Source of the DNA: the human T2T-CHM13v2.0 reference genome, Homo sapiens
DNA length: 64,000 nt
Assembly: GCF_009914755.1 (NCBI RefSeq)
Contig: NC_060946.1
Strand: one strand, 5' to 3'
Positions 40,410 to 54,660 of the stretch are shown here, one piece after another; the first letter of the stretch is position 1, and the number at the start of each line of letters is the position of its first letter. Under the pieces are notes generated by a model. The model was not told the origin of the DNA. It did not search any database and saw nothing but the letters and a program-made list of their open reading frames with translations. The position numbers were made by a program, and so were the translations under genes.

Positions 40410-40415
40410 TTTATT
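40410..40415 (-). terminator. TXNRD2 poly(A) signal AATAAA
   Basis: Plus-strand TTTATT about 15 nt downstream of the SECIS, followed by U/GU-rich sequence. Confidence 0.88.
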
Positions 40416-40428
40416 TGCATTGCAGAAA

Positions 40429-40493
40429 TGCCAGGGGGCTCGGACATGGGTGCCCACAGGGTAGGTTTCCACCCAGGTCGTCATCATCTGGCA
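40429..40493 (-). promoter_or_regulatory. SECIS element of TXNRD2
   Basis: GCCAG-ATG-ATGA-CGACCTGGGTGG-AAA-CCTACCCTGTGGG-CACCCATGTC-CGAG-CCCCCTGGC. AUGA core at 40481-40484, apical AAA at 40466-40468, 3' GA at 40440-40441; helix GACCTGGGTG/CACCCATGTC and closing helix GCCAG/CTGGC. Confidence 0.93.
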
Positions 40494-41974
40494 CCAGGAG
40501 CCTGGGGGGGGGTGCCCGGCGGCAGAGGCTGAGAGGTGCAGGGGTGAGGTGGACAGTCCCCTGAGCCATCCCTGTGGGGCACACGGGCCACCTGTCCAGC
40601 ACTTGCGCTCCACGCTGACCATCTCACAGGCGCTCCAGGAGAGGGTTGAGGCCCCCCAAACCTGGCCTGCAGCCATCCTGCCAACAACAGGAAGGTCAGC
40701 ACAGGTCAGCCACCCACCCCTCACATCAGCCTAGCTATGTCTCCCACTGCCACACCCAGGGACCCCCAAGGGAGATGGGTGAGAAATAAACCCAGCAGAG
40801 AATGGCCCCACCCCAGGGCGATGCGTCACAGGGAGCGACGCGGTGCTACAAAAATATTTTGAAATGATAAAAATTTATAGCAGGCTCCTAACAAAACAGC
40901 TCTGGGAGGTGTAATGTTCTGATAAGAGTTTCCTCAGGATGCCCTTTGTTTATCCCTATCGAGCGCGGCCCCGCCGGGGGGAGGCGGCCACGGTGAAGCA
41001 GGGGGCCCTGAGTACCCCCAGAGAGGCCTCCCCAGAGCCCCTCGGCGCCATGCAGACCCTAGAGCCTGTCCACAGGCATCTTGGGGGGAGCCCACTGCTC
41101 TGCCTGGTCTCCACCTCAGCCCCGGGGGAGAGATGGAGCCCAAACACCCCAACCCTGGGAGGGGCTGACAGCCATGGGGGTGCCCCAGGTGGGCTGGATG
41201 GCACGGGCTGAGGGCCCACCCTGCCCCGGCCCCTGCCCTGCAGCCCAGGCCGGAGGATGCACTATTAGACCACGAGGCGAGGGGGCTCTGGCACAGGCAT
41301 CCCTGGGGCAGAGGCCAGGAGCCCTTGCCAGTTTCTTCCTCCCCAGAAGAGGTCACGATGAACAACATGCCCCCCGGTCAGCCTGGCTCTGCAGAGCTGG
41401 AACAGAACCAGATGTGCAGGGCAGGCTGGGCAGGGCCGGCCATCACAGGGCAGCGTCTCCACCTTCTGGGAGATAGGGAAATGAGCGGGCGCTGAACTCT
41501 GCAGGAGCCAGGCCTTGGTGGGAGGCCTCGGTGGGAGGCCAGCTTCCCGACTGCAGCCCCCTGTGGGGCAGCAACTTGAGATGCCCGACTTTAGCCCACC
41601 CGGGACACCTTCCACGCCAACATCCACCTGGGATAGGCTGCTAAGGATGAGCCCCGTTTCTTGATACCTCCTGTGTGTGGGGAGCAGCTGTGGCCAGGCC
41701 GGGGTCTGGGGTCCCCCGGGGAGGTTTGGGCCCCTGGGAACTTCCCCTTCTGCCTGTCACCGCTGTGGCCTGGTTACAGGATGGAGCACCCATTCTGGGT
41801 GGCGTGGCAGGTGTAGCCTTGCTGTACACCTGGAGGGAGCCCATGGCCAGGGCTCCTGCACCCCTGCCACATGCCCTGTCCTCAAACAGAGCCAGCCCCA
41901 CCTGCATACCTGGGTCTGGCCTCCGAGGAGCTGGCGGCGGGCGCACCGTGTGCCCTGGCCTGCAGGGATGGCGC

Positions 41975-42136
<162 letters not shown>

Positions 42137-42958
42137 TCAGCACAGGGAGGGGGGTCCACAGCATCCCACCCCCGGGAAGAGGAGGGCCTCAGAGGCTGCT
42201 GGTCTCCTCACTGTCCCCTGACCCCCAGCCAGCAGCCAGGACCCCTGCCCACACCCGTGGGTGCCATCCACCTCCCTCCCAGCAGATGCCTAGTGCTCGT
42301 CCAGCCCACCTCCCACCCAGCCACGCCCTGGCTTGCCCTGGCCTGGCTTCCTGCTGTTCCATCCTCCCCTGCTAGGCACAGTCCTGCCTTAGGCCTCTGC
42401 TCTCTGCTTTACCCACAGACAGCGCATCCTGGCCTCACCACACCACCACCTCCCAGGCCCCACATCCAGCCAGCCACCTCTCTCAGGCCATGCACAATGT
42501 CCCAACCTCCAACTACCCCTGTCAACCCACCCAGAGCCTTTGCCATGGCTTCCTTTGACCCCGGGACCCCGAAAACACACAGCCTGAGCCCAAGACCCAG
42601 GCAATGGCCCCAGCTCCAGAAGACACACAGCAGCCCTGGGGTGGCTCTCCAGGTACTGGCACTCTGCTCATGGTGGCGTGGTGCTTGGCCAGGTGGGCAA
42701 GGGCCCTAGCAGCGACCCGGGGCCACAGGGGACACCTCACCTGGCTCTGGCTGGCTCAACAGCGTCTGGCTGGGGCAGAACCGCCTCTTGTCCCCCTAAA
42801 ACCCGCCCTGTCTGAGGGGCCTGAGGAATCTCTGCTGCAAACCCACGAAGGCCACATAAATGCCGCAAGAGTGGCAGCAGCTCTCCACTGTAGGACTGCC
42901 GGCACTCGAGGGATACCCAGCTGCACATCGCATCGCAGCCTGCATTCCTCGGGACTTA

Positions 42959-43490
<532 letters not shown>

Positions 43491-44841
43491 TCACGTGCAG
43501 GCAGCCAGTGGCTGGAGCCATGCTCTGCAGGACAGACCCTGTCCCACCCAGGCCTGGGACCCCCGTAAACCACAGCAGCAGAGCAGGCATCAGGCAATCC
43601 AAGCAGCCAGGCCAGGCACAGCAAACCTGGGTGGACGTAGCTCACCCACAACAAATGGTGGAGGCAAGAATGGGTGAGCAGGAGGCCACCTGGGCTCCCT
43701 CAGGCACCCTGGTGTTTGCTTGGCCCTCACTGGAGCAAGGCCGCTGTGGCCACACCGGAGCCGGAGCTGTTGGACAAAGGCTTTCAGCACCCCTGAAGGG
43801 CTCGACAGCGTGTCCGGGGCTGCGGCCAAGTAAAAAATGAGTGGGGCCCTCACATGTGCTGTACAGCCATTATTAATTAATGGAACTTCAGAGAATATTG
43901 TTCTAACTAAGACAGAATTGAAAAGAAAACAAACAGAGTATTTGGCCATTCAACATTGTGAAACATAAAACAACATTATAAAATGCCAGGAACATATGTC
44001 CCAGCACACTTGTGATGAATCAAACAAAAATAGCAAATAAAGTGCCTCGGGGAAGGCTGGCCTGTCAGGCCCGTCCTGTTGATGGAGAGTTCTGGGGTGC
44101 AGGGGGAAGGGGCCAGCCCTGGAGCCCAGTGTCTCATCCCCAAAGGCCGCAGGCCCCACCGCCCAGGCTGCAGGCTCCGGTTTCTCTGGGTGCCTGCAAG
44201 CTGCAGCGGCAGCAAGATGAAACCGCACCGAAGGCTTCCAGCTACCACGGCCCGGCAGGCTTCAGAGCCCCCGCATCCCTCCAGGCCACCCCGGAGCCAC
44301 AGCCACCTGCCAGAGCAGACCCCCAAAGCAGGCTTGCTCGATGAAAACCCCTTTCCTCAAGGGTGAGTGCCTGAGCCTGGAAGAAGCTGGAAGAGGATGG
44401 GTATCAGGATGTGGTGGGGGGCGGGGGGCGGGGGGCTCTCGCCTGGGAGAAACCCTGGGCAGTCCAGGAAGACGAGGTGCAGGGTGGTGGGGGGGGTGGG
44501 GGTGGAAGCAGAGGTCGGAGGCCCCTGGGAGAAACTTTTCTGGGTAGAGTGAGATTCATGGCCCTGCAAGGTGGGGACAGCACAGAGGCATCTTCGGGGC
44601 CCTGGTGCTTTCAGGGACAAGCTGCTGTGTGCTGGAGTGGGGCCAGTGCTCAGCTGACCTCAGCAGGGGAGCGGGTGGCACCGTGGTGGTGACCCTGCTG
44701 GTGCTGGGCACCCCTGCAGCATGGCTGGGGTGGGGCTGGGGGCTTCTGGGCCACAGGGCTTCTCCTTGCCCTCAGAACAAGGCAGCCAAGGGCCTTCCCC
44801 TCACTGCTGTGACACATGGTGGCAGAGACCAGAGGCACCTA

Positions 44842-45159
<318 letters not shown>

Positions 45160-45449
45160 TCAGGGAGGGCCCTTGGGCCCCGAAAACCGAAGTTCCCCAC
45201 TGCATGTGACACAAAGAGCAGCGATCACAGACCAGGACCAGATGCGCCCAGAGCAGGCTGCAAGCACAGTAGGCGACCCACCTGCCCACGCCTGCGCCAC
45301 ACTCTCAGAACTGAGCCACACACCCATGCATGCACACACACGTGTGTACAACACACCCACATAAGCGCACACACACGCATGCCCACATCTACATGCAGAC
45401 ACACAGCGCACAAAGGCCCCTCACCCCAGAAGAGCTAGCCTCGAACTCA

Positions 45450-45644
<195 letters not shown>

Positions 45645-46799
45645 CTATGCCATCACCCTTTGCCCTCCGAGTGGGCATCTCCCTTTAGAAAATCCCCAAC
45701 ACTGGCACCGAGCATGGTGACGTACAGCATTCCCCCTAGAGCTCGTCCTCCTGAGGGGCATCCCAAGGACCTAGGTAGGTTGCTCATTCTCCTGTTTGCT
45801 GCCCTCCACTCTGCCCTGGGAAAGGAGTCCGCTGCTGATGAGGCTGGCCGTGCCACCCTCACATGCTCAAGCCTTCTCTCCAAACCCCTTCTGCACATTG
45901 CTGACCTCGGAGGGCTGCCCCATGACCAAGCTCAAAAGAGCCCCTGCTACCGTTTTCATTCACTGGAATCCCCGGCTAAAAAGGGACCCCAAAGCGTTCC
46001 ATGTGCTCCTGACGTGCAGCTTGATCTGCACGTCACAGTCCATAACAAATTCCAAATCAGAATGTCGCTGTGCTGGAGATCCCTCCGTCCCAGGGTGTGC
46101 CCAGCCTTGGGGGTTCCAGCACCGTCCTCTGGGATGGGCTGCCAATCACCATGGCAGCAGGAAATGCAGATGTTGTTTGGCATTCCAGAAATGCATAGAG
46201 ATCCGTGGAGATAAACTCAGAGCGCAGCCTGCGCATTCCAGCAGGCCTGACTAACTACGGAAACATCCCGGCGGGCGGCGCACAGCACACAACATCTCAT
46301 TAAACAATAGCCCCCGCCCCGCCCACAGGCTCTTCCCAGCCGCTCAAGGGACCACTGGTTGGGTGTTAACTCTTTGGACTATTCAGAACGACCTTTCTGA
46401 CAGAGTGGATTTAATGTTTAAATAAAGAATGCCTTTGTGTGCGCCATGCATTTCTGGCAAAACGGTTTGAAATGTTCCAGTTTCCAACACAGGAGCCTGG
46501 GAGCTACACACTTGCAGAGGGAAAACTCAGATTCCCAGACAGAAGGGAGGCTTCCCGCTGTGCACAGAGATGCACATGGCACTGTCTCAGGGTGCAGCGC
46601 CCACAGGATTCAACAGACCCTGCAACCAGAGACCACTGCACCTACATGGTCCACAGGCAGAGGCTGCGCTTGCAGAAATCACTGAGCAGCTGAACCATCC
46701 AGCTAAGCAAGCTGGGGCTGCAGGGTGGCTGAGGCACATGGAGCCACATGCTCTGTCCACACAATCGGGTCGGCTAGATGGGCCCTACAGGACCCTGCA

Positions 46800-47485
46800 G
46801 GGTCTGCCTGGAGCCTCAGAGTGTGACCTTATTTGGAAATAAGATCTTTGCAGATACAATTAAGGTAAGGATGGAAATGAAGTCATCCTGGATTAGGGTG
46901 GACCCTAAGTCCAATTGCAGAGAAACTGTAAGAGGCAAATCAGGGCCCAGAGACACACCCAGGAGACTGTCACATGACGATGAGGCAGAGAGAGGAGTGA
47001 TATAGCCACAACCCGAGGGACGCCTGGGGCATCCTACCCCAGAGGCTTCCGAGGGAGCCTGGCCCAGCTGACACTTTCTGACATGGAGTCTCGCTCTGTC
47101 ACCCAGGCTGGAGTGCAGTGGCACAATCTTGGCTCACGGTAACCTCCGCCTTCCTCCTCCCGAGTTCAAATGATTCTCCTGCCTCAGCCTCCCGGGTAGC
47201 TGGGATTACAGATACGTGCCACCACGCCTGGCTAATTTTTGTATTTTTTTAGTAGAGACGGTTTCACCATGTTGGCTAGGCTGGTCTTGAACTCCTGACC
47301 TCAAGTAATCTGCCTGCCTCGGAGTCCCAAAGTGCTGGGATTACAAGCATGAGACACTGCACCCAGCCCCAGCTGACACTTTCATTTCAGACTACTGCCC
47401 CCCAAACGTGAGATAATCCATGTCTGTTGTTCTGGGCCACCCGTGTGTGGTGATTTGGTACCACAGCCCCAGGACGCAGACACTG
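46800..47485 (+). mobile_element. MaLR LTR (MLT1B/C-like) in TXNRD2 intron 12, with an antisense Alu at 47079-47367
   Basis: cctcagagtgtgaccttatttggaaataag...tttgcagat...attagggtggaccctaa...gagggagcctggcccagctgacac. Confidence 0.85.
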
Positions 47486-48086
47486 ACAGGTCTCGCTACA
47501 AAGAAGCTCTCAGCGACCCTCCAGAGCCACTTTCAGCAGCAGGTGCTGGACACATGCAGGACAGGCCGAGCACTCCTGAGGCTGCCAGGGTGCAGTATCC
47601 CAAGACTGACCACCACAGTCCCTTACTGGGGCCATGTGTAAGGAGGGCTCCAGAGCCCCCACCCAGGAAAGACTGGCACCGGTCTCCACTTCACAGCAGC
47701 AGCAGCAGCTGAGAGCAAAGGACCTGCCCCGGTGTGATGCCCAGAGAGGCAAGCCAGAGGATACTGAGGCGGGGAGGGCGGGGCCAGGTGGGCCCGAACT
47801 AGACCTGCCTCTCAACCCTGTGGGGACAGGACGGCCCCAAGGCCATGGTGGCATTTCTAAGCCTATGCCTCTAGCCTACCTGCCAGGGGTTGAGGCCTGC
47901 GTGCAGAGCTGACCCATGCCCCATTCCCAGCAGGCGTCTGCTGCTGGTGCTTGCAGCTGTCTTTAGACCATCCACACTCCCACCACAGAAAGGAAAGGAA
48001 AGGCAGAGAGCCGAGGCCCATGTCCAGGTTGCCCCAGAACTCCAGACAGGCTGGCCCTGGGGTTTGGCCCAGAGCCTCTGTCATCA

Positions 48087-48380
<294 letters not shown>

Positions 48381-48425
48381 CTAGAGCGGTTGTGTTTAAA
48401 CTGTTTCTCAGAATGTCCACTTAGA

Positions 48426-49030
<605 letters not shown>

Positions 49031-51389
49031 AGAATGTCCACTTAGAACTGGCCAAATGTGAAGCACCAGCAGCGTAGAGGGGCTCCTGGCCTCTGCAGGA
49101 GGTGGCAGGCAGGTCTGAAACGGACACTGGTCAGATGACAGCCGGCACAGGAGACAAGGCAGGGGTGCCACCGGTGGAAACTGGAGTCGGCCTTAGACTG
49201 GTTCCTGGCACGCGGGAAAGGAAGAGGCACTTGCCAATGCTGGGGCTCCCTGACATCAAAGAGTGCTAAGCGCGGGACTCCAGAATCTTCCGCATGCCCA
49301 GGCCTCAGGCCCTGCTGCAGGGCCACCAGCACAGTGCCAGTGGCTCTGGTACTGACTTCATCCGGAGAAACCAGCCCTTCATGGGGAGCTGTTGGCACCT
49401 GGCCTGCCTGGCCTCCCTGCATCTGTCTGCAGCACCACAGCCTGATACCATTAGGCAGTGAGATCCATCAGCTCCCAGGCCTCAAGAGTCCAGAGGGGCC
49501 TCCTTCAAGGGACACCTGCTGGCTCCCAATGGCCTCCTCCCTATCTGGACAAGCTGAAGAGGAGCCAGCCACACCCTGGACTGTACCCCAACAATGCTCA
49601 AGTCCTGGGATCTGGCCCTCTGCCCAGGTAGGGCTTGAAGGTCTCTCCCCATTAGGAGAAAGCAAGCCCCCGTAACCCGCTAGTAGAGGGCCAGGTGAGC
49701 AGAGCTAGCAGCCGGGTCTCCCACCTGCTCTGTGCTGCAGCCCCTCGTGGCTGCCTGGCACACAGTCCCAGCCTAGAGACCTCAGGGCCAAGGGGAGCTG
49801 AGCTAAGGGGCAGTGTCCAAACTACACCGTGCCCATTCTAGGGGGCAGCTGGCTCAGCTGATCCTGCTCTTGGGTGCAAAGGCCAAGAGGGGCAGGGGAT
49901 GGCCAGTCCAGGGGGTCAGCACAGCTGCCCCCTGCCAGTCTCCACACAGCCTGGGGCCCGGAGAGAGGGCACCGCATGGGCCTCTTCATAGCCGAACAGC
50001 CAGCAGAGGTCCCTTTCTCCCCTAACTCAGATGGGTGTGATTTTGCCAGGCCAGCGGATGGCCACAGCAGCTTTTCCCTCCCAACCCCAGGTGCTCTCGG
50101 CTCCCAGGGGCTCAGGATGATCCACCAATGGCGAAGGCAATTTTGCCTCAAAAGCATAGCTCCCCTGCTCATCGTGGCTGGGACAAACCAGCTGCTGGCC
50201 GGTATGCGGGTGGCGCCCACCTAAGCATCTGGAAGCTGAAGCTCCCGTGAGAGGGAACCCTTAAGTCTCCAGCTGCTGTCCCGGGGCAGGAGTCAAAACA
50301 TACCAACTTGGCTAAGCCAGCTTGCGGGAGGCCGGCTCCAGCCTCTGTGCTCTGCTCAGCCGCAGGAATTGGGTGCCGGGAGGGCTGGCACCGGTCGGGG
50401 ATCAGCCCAGACACAGGGGATGCCAGCCCACATCAGAGGAAGGAGCTGGGCCCCATGGGCAGGGCTGGGGCACGAAGGAGGGGCTGTGGTCCCTGCAGGC
50501 CGGGGGCTCACGCTCAGCCGTCTGGTCCCTCTCCAACCTGGTGTCCAGCCCACCAGGCCCAGCACTTCCTGGTGCCTGCTCCGTGCCGGAACAGAACATC
50601 TGACGCTGCACCCACACTCTCCTCTGCACGCTTGCCTGGCTGGTCCTGGGAAGCCAAGAGCACTCATCATGTTCCTCATGGTAACTATGGCACTATGGCA
50701 ACTACAGACCTTGCAGGTGCTGACCAAACCCTGTCCCCAGGTCCCGAAGGAAATAAAGATAAATTTAAAAGTAGTCACAAGAGATAAAAGAGGCATGGAA
50801 ATAGGTGGCCCATCCAAAGCCAGGACTCTTCCGCACATGCTCTGTGGATCACTCTGGGAAGTCGGTGGGAATGTAATGGAGCCACTAATGTGAAAGGCAT
50901 GACAGCTGGACAGGCTGGATGGCCAGGGGAGAGTGGGCTGCGCGGCACAGACACGCCTGGCCCTGCAGGGACTCCACAGCCCTTCGGGAATGAACAGCAA
51001 AAGAAGAGTGAGTGGCCTGTGGCAGGCAGCAGGCTCAGCCCTGAGGAGGGCAGCCGAGGGCACAGTGGGGTTAGAAGCTGGGCTGGTGGGACGTGGCTGG
51101 GAGTGGGTGCAGGGAAGAGGCCAGCTCCACTTGGGTGGGGCCACATCCCTAGCCGTGGCCAGCCCTGATGGCAGGACACCAGGCCCTGAGCCCCACTATG
51201 GGTCTTGCTGAGCAAAGGACTGGGCAGTGGCCAGAGAAGGGCCAGATCTCCCTGCTGGTGCTGGACAGCCAATCAGGCGTCCTAGGCCCTACTGGCTCAG
51301 GCCTGGAGCCCTGCAGGAGGTTGGACGACTTGTGCCAAGGTGGGGACCCACTGGGGCCCGAATGCTGTGAGCAGCAGGATGCAGGTGGC

Positions 51390-51486
51390 TGTGCCCAGTC
51401 AGCTCCCCACCATTTCCCTCCTATGCCAGGATAAAGCAGTTGTGCCTGGTCAGCTCCCGACCATTTCCCTCCTATGCCAGGATAAA
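51390..51486 (+). repeat. Two-copy tandem duplication, period 51 bp
   Basis: tgtgcc..gtcagctccc.accatttccctcctatgccaggataaa at 51390-51435 and 51441-51486. Confidence 0.9.
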
Positions 51487-52131
51487 TGTGCACTATTCAG
51501 GCCATTTAGGGAAAGAAGGGTGCCTGCACCGGTGTCTTTCGCCCTGCATGTTGTGCTCAGAGCTTTCCCAGCTGTGCCTGTGGCCCACTGCAGGCCTCCC
51601 CATGGGGCGGCTCTGTGCTCCCTGCAGCTCCGTCCTCGAAGCCTTGGCTCTGGAGTGCCCAGTGCAGCATTTGCCAAGTGCTGCTGAATGGCCCCTCCTG
51701 GGGTAGGACAGGCACTCTCAAGGCTCTGCTTCCTAGACACCACCAGGATGGAGACCTGGGGCACCAGCTTGCCATGTGTCAGTTGAGTTCCTGGGGCAGA
51801 CCCTCAAAGGAAGGGCGGCCAGCTGAGTGGGGGCTTCTGGGCGCAGGGCAGTCCTTAGACTCTGTTCCTTCCTGGGGCAGGCGGCGCACAGCACTCTCTG
51901 TCATGCTGCTTTAATTTGCACTTCTTTGATGACTAGTAAGATGAAGTAATTTTTGGCCACGTGTTTATGAACTGTATTTCCTCTTTTGTAAATTACCAGT
52001 TCCTGCCTTTTCTCATCCATTTATAGGCATCTTCACCATGTTCCTTCTTTGTAAGAGCTTATTACGTAATGGATACATGACACTCTGGCATATTTTCTGC
52101 AAACGACAAGGGCATTAAAATTCCAGGTACA

Positions 52132-52896
52132 GCTCTTCAGGCTGTATTCATGAGCAGTCGTGGGCCACGGGATTCGTGGGCAGAGGAAGGGCACCAGCTC
52201 TGTGTTCCTTGTGCACATGAAGCAGGAGGGCTCATAGGCCTGCATGCTGTGGACTTAGCTGAGCGGCACAGCTACATCAAGGGCACCTTGAAGGACATGC
52301 CCCTGCTGAGATGGTCTCCAGGATCCACACCAGTTTAAGCAGCAGACAGAGCTGTCCATCACCACCAAGGGCCTCCACACGGGCCAATTTCTGTTTGTGT
52401 ACTGTAGCAAGAGGGCCCAGCTGGACGTCGGCAGCGTCCTCCCTGCAGGCACCACACCTGTACCATCAAGCGCTGCCTGGAGGAGAGGCTGAGACTGGAA
52501 CTTGTTAGCCTGGGCCTTTGAGAACTACACCGCAGTCACCTCCCCTAGCCCGGAAACCAGGAAGACTTACATGAAGCTGCCCTCCAAGAGGATCATCTCA
52601 GCCAACAGAGCTGTGGTCAATGTGGGAGCCAGAGGTGGCCGAACTGACCAGCCATCCTGAAGGCAGGCCATGCCCACTACATATAAGGCAAAGAAGAGCT
52701 GCTGACCATGGTGCAGAGTATGGCCGCAAGCCCCAAGGAACGTCCCTTCAGAGATGGCAACCACTGGCACGTTGGCGAACCTGCCACTGCAGAGATGTCT
52801 CTGCTGGTAGCAAAGTGGGTCTCATTGCTGCCCACTGGACTTGGTTCAGAATTGGGGCTGATGGGCCCAACAAAGTTTGTCCTTCTGCCAAAAAAA
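52132..52896 (+). pseudogene. Processed pseudogene of ribosomal protein L8 (uL2), antisense in TXNRD2 intron 11 (probably the annotated RPL8P5)
   Basis: Degenerate RPL8 peptides: VGHGIRGQRKGTSSVF from 52160, LHAVDLAERHSYIKG, GLHTGQF, SANRAVV, DVSAGSKVGLIAA. Frameshifts, no introns, decayed signal AACAAA at 52869-52874, A-tail, and a 13-bp TSD AATTCCAGGTACA at 52119-52131 and 52901-52913. Confidence 0.92.
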
Positions 52897-54201
52897 TAGT
52901 AATTCCAGGTACAAATGGACGTGCTCACTTCCTATGTATATGTGTGGCTGGCCCACAACACTGACACTCAGGAAGCACTGGGCTGAGCATCTCTGCAGCC
53001 CGGAGCTGCCTCCAGCCCCAGGCCCAGCAGTGCAGCACCCCTGACGCAGGACAGCCCATCTCCATGTGTGGCCAGTGCTAGGAACAGCCGTGCAGGGCAG
53101 CCCTCCTCTGATCACAATGAGAGCCCCACCAGCTGCTGTCAATGGCCCAGGAGATGGAGGGCAGCCACCATGCTTGTCCAGCCAGCCTGGCCCCAAGGAG
53201 GGACCAGAGAAGGCTGAAGCCCAAAAACCACCCACACAGTCACCATGGGTCACTCCCATCTATTCTGATGGACACAGGGACACGGGGACGGCCAGCCGCA
53301 TGCAGTATCATGCGCCTCTCTCATCCATGATGGGAAGAACAGGCATGCCCTCTGATTTCACGCCCGCCTGGGACACATTTTCCCAAGAGAAGAGCAAGGA
53401 GGCAGCGCCCCAGGTGAGAGGTAAGTGCCAGCAGGAGTACAGCAGGGTGAGCCAGTGGCTGTGATCCAGACAGAGGCAGCCAGGGCCAAGCACTGCGCCT
53501 GAGGACGAGGGTGTGGGAGTGGGAGGCTCCAGGGCCGGTGGGCGATGCGAGGCGGGCACGGCTTCACACACAGGCCCTGTGGGCCACCTGGCGACTGTCT
53601 CATGAGGCATGTGGCCCCCAGAGCCAGCCACCCTCACGGGGCCTGGCCTGCCACTTGCCCCAGTGAGGCACCTTGGACCAGGCACAGAGGAGCGTATGCC
53701 TTTGGAACTGGACTTAGATTCTTGAAGCTTATTATTTTAAAATATTTATCTTCTTTTTTTTTTTTTTTTCTGGAATCGCACCTTCTCAATGAGCCCCGGG
53801 CCCCTACCCGCAGCTATGAGCCCACCAGGGGGAAGGGGACGCACCTGCCCTGCTGGCCTCAGGTCCCATCGAGACGCCATGTTAGTTGAATAAATGAGTG
53901 AGCCCCTGGGCCTCAATGGGACCTGATTGGCCACTTGCTGTGACTGCCAGCAGCCACCAGGGACCCCTAGGCCGTTCCAGGGATGTCTCATACCCAGGGC
54001 GGCTCCTTGGGGGGTGGGGGTGAGCTTCCCCTCAGGCAGCATAAGGGCCTTTCCTACTCAAGCTGCCTATGTGCATTATGATGTGTAAGACCCCACAGTC
54101 AGCCTTGGAGTACGGCGCAGCCCCCAGCTCAGGCCCAGAGGACCCCCAGGAAGGAGCGTGCTCTGTGGCGAGTGGTCATTATTGCTTTAACAGTTATTAT
54201 T

Positions 54202-54660
<459 letters not shown>

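Larger units (their letters stand above)
40392..40677 (-). other. TXNRD2: TXNRD2 exon 18, non-coding terminal exon
   Basis: Acceptor ctgaccttcctgttgttggcag|GATGG with a CTGAC branch point; contains the SECIS and AATAAA. The 3' end is approximate. Confidence 0.88.

Noticed and set aside
40296-40724. 142-aa ORF as an independent gene
   Set aside because: It has a non-ATG start in the intron and overlaps the SECIS and poly(A) site. It is relevant only to the cryptic-donor hypothesis.
40678-41909. Intronic poly(A) site in TXNRD2 intron 17 that would remove the SECIS
   Set aside because: I found no minus-strand AATAAA or ATTAAA in this intron. The AATAAA at ~40785 is on the plus strand.
50356-51144. 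262-aa minus-strand ORF in TXNRD2 intron 11
   Set aside because: Low-complexity GC-rich translation with no homology. Exons 11 and 12 already join in frame without it.
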